From contig CM060733.1 in the NCBI GenBank assembly GCA_030704615.1, positions 63,798,001 through 63,862,000 of the forward strand: a DNA stretch of 64,000 nucleotides, read 5' to 3'. This stretch comes from Takakia lepidozioides. Taxonomy: Eukaryota > Plantae > Bryophyta. Under the pieces are notes generated by a model. The model was given only the letters and a program-made list of their open reading frames with translations. It searched no databases and was not told where the DNA came from. Made by a program: the position numbers and the translations under genes. Shown piece by piece: positions 11,177-22,500 of the stretch. Within the stretch, counting starts at the first letter, position 1, and each line of letters starts with the position of its first letter.

Positions 11177-14015
11177 GACAATGGGTATGTTGTACTGCGT
11201 GACGACAGATGACTCGTTATGTTCCTCGGGCACGTGCCCTGTGCTCAAAGGAGATGGCGATCTTGAACATGCAAGGCTTGCAGTGCTCGACGAGACGTCC
11301 TCGGGCAACATTACGGGACTATGAGGGAGCGTGTGAATATTTTTGTTAGCTCGCCAGGAATCCTTTTCTCCGCCAGGTGGCTCGTCAAATCTTCGTCTCA
11401 CTGGACGGGTGTGAACATCTCATTCCAAGTGTTGGCCTCTTTGAAGCAATGGCGTGTCTCGAAGGCCCTCTCGCAAGGCTGTTGCCCACTTCCGAGGATT
11501 CTTGGATCTGGAGGTAGTCTGCATCAGCATTTCCTGCCTGCCCGGCCCCAAGCCCCACTGTTTCACTTTCAAGAACTCGTTGTACCTGGATTGCTGCATA
11601 ATTGACCTCACAATGTCATCCGTTGTGGCAGTGAGGATGTCTACCAGATGCGCCGCAAAGGAGGCACGCCAGGAAGAATATACTGATTCGGCCATGTTTG
11701 TTGTCGGCATGTCGGTATCGGAGTCCAGACACATTTCCTGCACATGCACATTCTTAGGTTAGAAGCAAGTTACAAATAATGACTAGAATAATATTGAATG
11801 GGACGTGAAATCGTGCAACTCACCTCCCGCATATAGTTGCCGAACTGGAGGAAACGATAATGCCACCATGCTAGCCAACTGATCATTGCTCCATCGTCTG
11901 ATTTCTTTACAGCACCTAACGTTGTCCACCAAGCCCGTATACATGCAAACTGTGTCTCTGCATCATCCAAGGTGGGAGCACGCTTCCATGCAAGACACAT
12001 GGAACGGTGGTCATCTTTGAATTCTGGCGCCACGGGCCTGGTTGTGTACTGCGACAAGCTCTGGAGAAAACGGAACCCACAAGATCTCTCCTTGCCTTCC
12101 ATTGGAACATTGGGGTCTTCCCCGTACACCCTTCGGATTGCAGCCCAATTTGCTTGTGCGTTGTCCACCATGAAACCACGGAAATTCGGCAGGGGCAAAC
12201 CCGCCCTCGCCATCTGTTCATTTATTCCCTACCAAAGAAGCATTTCCGATTGTGTGTCATTCCCTTTCATCTCACAAATAACAATTGTCATTAGCATCAT
12301 GCAGTGGGGGTCGTAGACATGTGCACCCATTATCACCCACTGATGATTTATAATTCGCTTGATATGGTCGAACATGACCCAACTGTTTGATAAGTCTCCA
12401 CTCGTCATCCGGTGGACCAGATCCACGCCATTGCTAGGCCCACACGTTGACATTTTGAATACGAAACAACGATCTGCCTCAGTCCCTTGTTCTGGAAACC
12501 GACTTCCATGAATGTAGTCATATCCACATCGTCGCTTCACCTCCAGAATGGAGTGCATATCCGAGCCTCGCCCAATTATTTGTTTGCAGGAGACAATGTT
12601 TTGGACATTCAGTGAACAGACGTGGGACACTGACTCCAGCAATGCCTCCATTTCCTTCTCATCGAGAGGAACTCTGTCGGAGCTATCTTCCGACATTATT
12701 CTGCCTAATGCCATCTTATGGGCGGCCTGCAGCTGTATCTGTTTGGGTTTGGCACCAGGTCTCAACTTAACCTCCTCCTGAATGAGCTGCTCTGCCTCTT
12801 GGGTAGCCTCCCACGAGTTCCCCCTCGCCAATTTGTGACAATGGTGTGCAAGCTCGTGTGAGGTCAGGGAAACGGTGCAACACATAGAACTGCTTGGCAT
12901 TACAAACAGACATGCAGTGTGGTGGTTCTTTGCAAATAGCATACTTAAATGTGGAGTTTGGAACCTTTTACCTTCCCCTTCGATGAGGCACTGGCTGCAG
13001 CTCCATTTCCCAGTTAGTGATACCGTAAGAGCTCACAAACTTTTGTTTGTGAAGCGTGTACATCACTTCACCAAGAAAGTGCCAGAGCTCGGTCTCAATT
13101 TTCAGCCAGAAAGCCACACGCACCACTGACCGAATGACTTTTTCCTTGGCCAACAAGGTATGCACTGGATAGTCAGTGATCACAACACCAGGAAAAAATT
13201 GAGTCCAATGCGTTCCAAGCGAAATACAACATCAGGGAAGATTACCACATCGTTCTCAGCATGGGGGAAGTGCGAAACAGGGACTCCCGCAACATGGTCT
13301 TCCCAGGAGATATCAACGTTATGCGCTGGCTTCCAAGTAGGTCGTAACTTAGCTAAAACCAAAGAACTTCCTCCTTTCACAAATTCCCACAGCCTCTAAG
13401 GACTAGGCTGTCGTGGTGGTAGGAAACTCTCAAATTCGGTGGTGAGCTCACCAGCAATGGTGAACTGCGGAATTCCAAGCTCGGCCCAACTGAGTTTGTC
13501 ACATGTGGACAGGCGGGTTTTGGTGACATACAAAGGCACTTTCAGCCCAATCTCAGCTGCATAAAGGCGCTGCAGGATTTTGGCCGCCCGCGCACCTTTG
13601 AATGCTTCAATGCACTTTCTACTTTCTCCTCGGCTGGGGTGTTTGTGGGCTTGAGACCTTCTAAAGCAGCGGTCAACTCGAACTGCCACACCCAATGGTC
13701 GGAGGCTGTATCCAAAATCAGCTTAGGGCGCTCAATCGGTTCACCAAAGGGCGGGTACTCTACTTCCACAATCAGCTTGGGATCCACCGAAGCACGAAGA
13801 ACGCCAGCAAAAACCGGTTCAAAGTTCCCCGCAGGTGTTTCTTTGTAATCGTTGAGCTCAGGTTCAGTTGGAGAACGCGATGACGATGCCATTGCTGTAA
13901 AACTCATAAGCACAACAAAGCACAAGGACACAACGAAGCACAATAGCAGCTAGAGAGAAACACAAACACAAACTGGAGAGCGCCGCCATTGTTCCGCCGT
14001 CAGAGCACATCTACC

Positions 14016-14575
14016 TGTTGTACCAACAGAGAATGTGCAAATAATGATTAATGAAATCTTGCAACCCGTCTCCACCAAGATTCTCACACACCCAGATTCT
14101 CACACACCCGGGTTATTCCAATCCTCTGCGGGTTTATGCTAGGTGAGGGATGTTAGCTCGATAGAGCATGCAAGCGATGAAGGACACAAATCTCACGCAT
14201 AGATTCTCAGTTCATCCATACACACATGCACATCCCTCTCTCGTACACAAGAATTAAACACACTGAAAATACACTAGCTGCCTTAGGTTTCCAGCTGATC
14301 GTTTTTATAATCCAAGGCCCATGATCTTATCACAACAGGTTGTCTTGCCCTGATTGGCCCTCTAGATTGTAGCCAAGTGACCATCCAGATAGGATGCCAC
14401 ATAATCCGATTTAGGGATAAGCTAGCTATTAACATAAGGCAGCCTAATTTATTATTAGATCCGCCAGCTCATATCATCCTAGCTTCATGCAACAGTCATT
14501 CATCCTAATAGTCATCCAACCTCATTCATCACTGGAAGAGAATATCAAGGTAGGTGGAATCTAGTCATCACAACA
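14016..14575. repeat. Possible solo-LTR-like remnant
   Basis: TGTTGT...ACAACA inverted ends and an internal direct repeat (AGATTCTCACACACCC x2). No TSD found. Confidence 0.25.
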
Positions 14576-16515
14576 CCCAACATCTTATAATTACTTTCGG
14601 GAAGCTGGGAAAGAGAACTCAAAAAGAGGAGGATGTTGATTTGATACCCCCACCTCTGAACCCAACATCAAAAAGAGAAACTGCATTCCAAATTCCGAAG
14701 GCTTTTGTCTCAGGTTAAAAACTATCATCAATTTCAGAGTGTCCTCCCACAAGTTATCAATCTAAAATTTCGGTTAATAGCTTGTAGTGACAGTTGTTGT
14801 GAAGTGTTAAATATAAGGAGACAAAGAGTAGCCTTCAACAAGTCAAAACAGTATCCACTTAGAGACAGTCGCACTAATAACTCAAGCTCGGTTGCACCGA
14901 AATACAAGCACGGTTTGCAAACTGACAAGTTGGTCATCAGGGTTTAGGTGGCTGAATTTGCAGCTTCCATAACCGAGCACTGGTGAGCTACTAAAACCCC
15001 CACAACCAGCACCTGCTTGTGGGAACCCTGGCAGATCAGAGGAATCTTAACCTCCACCTTGCCATTCATGCTGCCTAAGTTACAAAAGAGCACACTGATA
15101 GGTTAGAACCACTTCACCACAAAAGACACGGTTAAGAGTGGAGATATCCCTCAGATATAACAAAGTACAACTACCCATTTGCAAGTAGTCCAACTTCCCC
15201 TTTGCAGTTTCCAGCTGCAACATCACAACAGGGCGCTTTCCAAGCAGTAGAATTGTCTTATCATTTCGTGAACATGCTTAGAAATGCTTCCATTAAACAA
15301 GCATCTTCTACTACCAGCCCCTTCCAAGCCTTTGCCCCAACCAACAGCAGGCAGTTCGAAAACTTTTCTCCTCCTTCCCCTTGAACCATTTTGACAGACT
15401 CGTGACTGAGGGCAAACTAGTTTGGCTCCACAAACTCCATACACAAACAACAAGTGGAGCATTTGGGTGAGCAATACATGTACATAGCTCATAGTAAAGC
15501 TTTTCTCATCTGCAATGCCAAGGTGAGTGAAGAAACACTGATACCAGCTCAAAGATGAGGTCTATTGAGCCCTTAATTTATCAAAACATGTTTGTTGAAA
15601 TGCTGCTTGTCAGAAAAAGTAGATGCAAGGGAGAAAAGCCTTCCCAAGGTGGAAACCAGAAATTCCCCTATTACTGGGTTTTCATTCTCTTGACTTTGTC
15701 CTCCAATTGCAGAACATCCATTTGCATTTTCACGACCCGATATAGCAACCTGTGTGAAAGCAATGTCTCCAATATAAATCCTCTCTTCCTCCCTCATCTC
15801 CTTTATCCTCCCACAAAAACAGGAAAACGCAGAAAATCCCCTCTCTCAGGTTCATCAGAACAGACTACAAAGATATTTCTTTTCAGAAGCTGGTATCTAA
15901 AGGGGATAAGACATCGTGCATTATCTGAAAGGCCAGGCACCTTCAACTTGTTTAAGTGGATTTGTTACTTCCATGCTCTATATTCCAAGTTCTTACAATC
16001 GTTACTGACAAACAGTCTTCCTGTCAGTCTTGTTACAATTTAAAGCTGGCCATTGATATACCCCTCTCAGACGCGGCTTACATGATCAGACCCCTGGCAG
16101 CTGGATAAATTGCATAGATAACCTCAAACAGGTCTACAAGTGCTCTGTCTGTTAGATGACACCATTTGTCCAGCCACTTCTGTCATGATATGGCATACAG
16201 TATGCATCAGGTAACATCCACTGCTCAGTTCATTATTGCTTGGAATCACACCTCAACTAGTATTTGTCACATTCAGTAGGTAGTACTGAATGCACACGGA
16301 CTACCCTTCTACCCTTCTAGGCTTCTTTCAACTTTCATCCTGCGAATATTCAGCATACTGTAGGCCATGGGATTTGGGTCAATATTATAATTCTTCTGTG
16401 AAACCTACCCTCCAGTATCAGGAGATGGAGGGTGACACAGGTTGCAACAAGCCTATAATTGAATTCCCCCAGCAATGTCCTGTTATTTGAGGTTGCTGAT
16501 AGAGCATGTACGTAC

Positions 16516-19500
16516 CAATAAAGAAAGGCTGCCCCCACTGCCAGAAGTGTATTGCGCTCTGACTTAAACACCTGTACACATAGGGATATAATGGCCACAT
16601 GCAAAAGGATGCAACGATCCAAAAGATGAGTGTCTGAATTTGAACTATTAGGAAAATATTATTTGAATCGTCCAAGCACAGGTAAAAATCAACCTGCCAT
16701 AGCACTCTTTGTGCTGGTTGCTGCCTAAGAGCAGACCCTTACTCCAACAGCCGTTTGACAAATCAATTTTTGCAGACAATGCCATAATGATAATCGATTC
16801 CCCCAATCAAAGACAATTTCCAAGAGCCGATGAGGCACTGTATGGCCTTGACCTCGTTCAGCATAAGAAATTGGATTTTCTAACTATTGAACTTCCTGCT
16901 ATTTATGTACATTGACCGACTGTAGTTGACTCATGCCAGCTCCAATGTTCAGAGATAGAATCATACTTTTACTACCAAGGGGATTGCTCTGTCTACAAGG
17001 ATTATGAAATCTTTAGACAAGTAGCAGGAAAAACACAACGCTCCCATATACAGAATGTGAAAGCTGCCATCTCCTAGCATATTCGGCGCAGGAGGACATA
17101 GGAAGCAGTTGACTCACAGATCGAGCAAATCGGTCTCTCTCCAACGTGGTGCACACATCCTTAGCACAATTGATGCGATGCTCATATTTCCAGTACACCT
17201 CTACAATTGAGAGTTCCATACCACAAAACAATGGTAAGCAGCCACCCCTAAGGAACGAAAAGAGATCTATTGACAATTCCCTGTGAATGAAAGGCAAAAG
17301 AGAGAGAATGTACTCATGAAATGTTGTTTGCCATAGCGTTGTGGCCATAGACCCTGCGCCCAGTTTGGGCGAAACAAGAGGTAACAGACACTACCTTTGT
17401 GAGGTGCTCACCCCGGTAGTGCGACTTACCTTGATAGAAACAATTGGTTCAGGCTTTCCAGATATCCTCCAGAAGGTCCTTCACACTAGCATCAATCTGC
17501 TGTGTGTGAGTTGCCCAGCAATTATAACCCAACAGGGCAAGGGCTTTAGGCTCAGCCTCGAGATTTTGGTGAGGTGCAGGAACAATGTCCTTGATGGACC
17601 TGAAGAGGGTCACTCTCTGGTAGAATAACCTGGTGTATGAGAAAGTGGAAATTGACTTCAGGCTGCCCGCACATCGCTCCCTTTCCTCTCTGCATCTGTT
17701 TGTTGTTCAAAGGTAGGTTCCCCACCCCCAGTTTAAATTTCAATCTAGTGCCAAGTATAAGTAGGCCCTTCAGATCATCCTACCCATGTCACAGACTGGG
17801 AACAAGTTCAGGGAAGTTTTATGCCTAACTTCATTAAAGAATGTACTCATAAGACTTTGTTTGTCGTAGCCTTGTGGCCATAGACCCCACGCCCAGGATA
17901 GAAACTACCTTTGTGAAGGGCTCACTCCGGTAGTGTGACTTACCTTCGTAAGAACAATTAGTTCAGGCTTTCCACATATCCTCTGGAAAACCCTTCATAC
18001 ATCAATCTGCAGTGTGTGAGCAGCCCAAAAGCTAGACCCCAACAGGGCCAGGGCTTTAGGCTCAGCCTCGAGATTTTCAAAGTAGCTTCATTAGAAATGT
18101 ACTCATAAGACATTTGCCATACCTTGTGGCCATTGACCCCACGCTCAGTTTGAGCAAAACATAAAGGGACAGAAACTACCTTTGTCAGGGGCTGACGCCA
18201 GTAGTATGACTTACCTTGGAACAGACAATTAATCCGAGTTTTCCAGATATCCACTAGAAATCCCTTCACACAAGCATCAATCTGCTGTGTGTGGTTTGCC
18301 CAATAACTAGGCCCCATAAGGGCCTGGGCTGTTGGCTCAGCCTCCAGACTTTGGAAGTTGGTAAACAGAGGTTCAGACACAATTCCTTTGATGGATTTGA
18401 AGAGGGCGTCTCTCTCGTCCTCTCTCCATCTGTTTGCTGTTCAAAGGTAGGCTTCCCGCCTTGAGTTTAAATTTCAGTCTAGTGCCGAGGGTGGGTAAAC
18501 CCTTGAGGTCATCCATGATGGCCTCTCCCATGTCACAGACTGGAAACAAGTTCAGGGAAGTTTTCTGCCTAACTTCATTTTCATCAGACAATTTCCTGGC
18601 TACAGACATGGCTTTGGACACTACAGCCTCTAAGTCAGATTTATCCAGCAGTGTCAAGACTTGTGGGCTTAGATTCAGATCCTTCAGAATCTCTTCTACT
18701 CTCTTCTGCCAGAACTTAGCCTGTTTGACAGGGGCAATCTTGCTTTCAAGATATAGAGTCGATTAACTTAGGATTTGATATTAGACATATGTTGCAGCTG
18801 ACCCCACCATCCGACCTTGAATTCATCTCGTCAGGAGCTTAAGGAAGGGATGCCAAACTCACCCCGAACAGCCACGTTGGCTGTTTTAGAGCATGCTGAC
18901 ATGCACTCCTTAAGCACCCCACTTGAATGGATTCTAGATTATTCTGGTTGGAGTTATCAACCCACACTGCAGATGTGTGCTCCAAGGCAGGCCCGATAAC
19001 TCAGAAAAGCATGGGTTTTTTTACTTCAGAGTTGATCCCTCTGCAGTGGGAAAATTAGTGAGACCCAGAGCTTTGCAATTGCCAGCTTGAACAACTTTTT
19101 GAATATGTGCATCCCAATTACAGTTGGAGGAAAACTCAACGCCAAGGTATGTGTAGGAAGGGAGGAACGGAATCTCTTGGCTTCCCAACTGCCATTTGAG
19201 ATCACCTCCTCCCTCCCCTCGGTTGTTGAATGCCACCACTGCGCATTTACTGACGTTAGCCTCTAGTGCCCAAAGGTCAAAGTATCTCTTCGCGCAATCA
19301 ATCAACTCCTGCAGATTGGAACGAGTCTCCCCTATGCCTGCGAAGTCATCCGCAAACACAAGGGCTGGTATGGTGGCATCACCCACCCTTAACCCAAATC
19401 CCTCACTTTCCACATCCTCGAGGAGTTGATTGATGAAAACATTGAAGAGCAGGGAGAGGGTACATCCTTGACCTTGGTCTATGTCAAAGAAGTTAAACTT

Positions 19501-22500
19501 CTGTCCATTAACAGTGACACAACTTTTGGTGTGAGCATACAAGTTATGGACCACTCTCCACATCTTTCCCTTGATCCCACATGACCAGAGTCGGAGCCAT
19601 AGACCGTCTCTCCACACTGTGTCATAAGCCTTTTTGACATCCAAGAAAAATACGAAAGTGGGTTTCCCTTCTTTTTTCCTTCCCTGGATAATCTGGCTTA
19701 AGAGTGAAAATATGATCCACACAGCCCCTGTTTCTCCGAAAGCCAGCTTGGCCTTTGTGGAAACAACCTCTAGATTCCAGATCAACCTCAAGACAAGTAC
19801 TTATAACTCTGCAAAATATCTTGCCAACTGCATTGAGAAGCGTGATGCCTCGATAGTTCCCCGGCTCTTTTTTGTCACCTTTCTTGAATAGGTTGACAAT
19901 GACCTTTGAAATACTCCAATTCATCAGGGCTGTCTTGAATCAAGGAGCAGTTTTTCCAACTGTGTCCTTCCATTCTTCAGAGGACCCCTCACTGTTAGAC
20001 CTAGAATTTCTGCCAAGGATACTGTAGTGGGTTTCAAAGGTTTGACAATGTCAACCGTTGAAGTCACCACTGCACCCTTAGTAGTCCTCAGCGCTTGTAC
20101 TTGCTGACAGTTTTTCGGCTTGTACAAACGTTGAAGGGCCAACCAGAATCTCTTGTCATTACCACCATGGTGGTTTGAGTTTATGTCGCTGTATAGCTTG
20201 TCCCAGTATAATTTCTTCTGAGACCTTACAAGCTAATTGATATCTTTGCGGATCTGGTAGTACCTAGCCCACAATTCTTTGTTGGTATTCAAATTGCAGC
20301 ACTCTGTATAGAGGACTTGTCTCTCCGCTATCTTGAGTTTGATCTCATTGGTCCACCAATTAACAGCTCTACCGCAGACGATTAGTTTCCTCCCAATGAT
20401 CTTGTCAGCCCCAGAGGAGACGAAACTCTCCCGAGAATCCACTGCTCTTTCCACTTCATTTCTTGCATTGCCAGAGCAAGACTGAAGGTCTTGGAGCGAG
20501 TGGACAAAATGAGGGAGAGCCTCTTGCAAGGCCTGGACATACTCAGCCTTGACCTCTTCATTTTGGAATTTTTCTATGCGCCACTTCCGAATCGACGTTT
20601 CACAGATCTCTTGGTGTTGGGAAAACACCTCTTGATCTCAGTCCAAACAAGGAAGTGGTCAGAGGTACCAATATCAGTTCTGTCGATCAACACATTGGCA
20701 CTCTGGAGAAACAAATTTTTGTCCATCATGATATAATCCCCAATGGACTGTTCCCCAGTTTGGGCTTTCTCACGAGTCCACTGCACTTGGTCTCCTTGTG
20801 ACCTATTATTCAAGGGTCAAAAGCTGAAGTTCTTCCAGACAGTTTATTAACCGTCTACCATTAGAATTCAGCTCGTTCTCACCAAAAGGCCCAATGGTAT
20901 CATCCTGATGAAGACCTTTGCCCACCCGGGCATTGAAGTCACCCAATAAGACCACCTGACCTTTGGCGAGGAACTCAGCACAGTCCAGCTTTACGTCTTT
21001 TTGTCAGCATCAGCACTATGGGTCCCCTCTGTGGGCATGTACACACAACCCACAAAGAGGTCCTTCGTATTCACGTCGTCCTTCAATTTCAGTTTTAGCC
21101 AGATACTGTGCTCATACCGCAAACCCTTGTTGATAATTTCACAATTGTCACACGAAATTAGAGAGAGAGAATGTACTCATAAGACGTTGTTTGCCGTAGC
21201 CTTGTGGCCATTGACCCCGCGCCCAGTTTGAGCGGAAACCAAAGGGACAGAACCTACCTCTGTCAGGGGCTGACATTGGTAGTAAGACTTACCTTTATAC
21301 AAAGAATTGATTCGGGTTTTCCAGATATCCTCTAGAAATCCCTTCACACAAGCATCAATCTGCTGTGTGTGATTTGCCCAAAAACTAGGCCTCAGAAGGG
21401 CCTGGGCTTTTGGCTCAGCCTCGAGACTTTCAAAGTTGGTAAACAGAGGTACAGGCACAATTCTCTTGATAGATTGGAGGAGAGCTTCTCTCTGGTGAGA
21501 GTACCTCGGACAGTGAATCAGAAAATGAATATTGTCTTCGGGTTGCCCACACAACGGGTAATTGCACTCTCCCTTTCCTCTCTGCTTCTGTTTACTGTTC
21601 AAAGGTAGGCTTCCTGCCCTGAGCTTAAATTTCAGTCTGGTGCCGAGAGTGGGTAGACCCTTGAGGTCATCCATGATATCCTCCCCCATGTCACAGACTG
21701 GAAACAGGTTCAGGGAAGTTTTCTACCTAACTTCATTTGCATCAGACAATTTACTGGTAACAGACATGGCTTTGGACACTACAGTCTCTAGGTCAGATTT
21801 ATCCAGCAAGGTCAAGACTTGCGGGTCCAGATTCAGATCCTTGAGAATCTCTTCTACTCTCTTCTGCCAGGACTCAGCCTGTTTGACAGGGCAGTCCTGT
21901 TTCCAAGATATAGAGTCGATTAACTTAGGGTATCTGGTGTTGGACGTGTTGCAACTGACCCCACCATCTGACCTTGAATTCATCTCGTCGGGAGCTTAAG
22001 GAAGGGATGCCAAACTCACCCCGAACAGCCACATTGGCTGTTTTGGAGCATGCTGACATGCACTCCTTAAGCACCCCCACTTGAATGGATTCTAGAGACT
22101 TAGCCTGGTTGGAGTTATCAACCCATATAGCAGATCCGTACTCCAAGGCAGGTCTAATAATGCGGCAAAGCAAGGTTTTCTTGACCTCAGAGTTAATCCC
22201 TCTGCAGTGTAAAAATTTAGTGAGACTCAGCGCTTTGCCCTTGCCAGTTTGAACAACTTTCTGGATATGTGCATCCCAGTTACAGTTGGAGGAAAACTCA
22301 ACGCCCAGGTATGTGTAGGACGAGAGGACTGGAATCTCTTGGCTACCCCACTGCCACTTAAGATCACTTCCTCCCTCTCCTCTGTCGTTGAATGCCACCA
22401 CTGCACATTTACTGACATTAGCCTCTAGCCCCCAAAGATCAAAGTATCTCTTCGCGCAATCAATCAATTCCTGGAGGTTGGAAGGAGTCTCCCCTATGCC

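Larger units (their letters stand above)
8995..13890 (-). mobile_element. MULE copy 1: terminus, subterminal palindromic repeats and degenerate DDE+SWIM transposase
   Basis: Terminus GAGGTTAGCTATTTCATGAGCATGAGCGG matches the reverse complement of the 44496 end. Transposase 9824-12965 is near-identical to 41050-43711 (WVMFDH, FMVDNAQAN, TTNMAES, SWIM CNCTDF...CKH). Two insertions interrupt it, and its 5' part is non-homologous. Confidence 0.9.

Noticed and set aside
14600-16500. Short ORFs as the missing BAP31-like exon or as separate genes
   Set aside because: No phase-compatible exon with a plausible C-terminus was found, and the sequence looks intronic.
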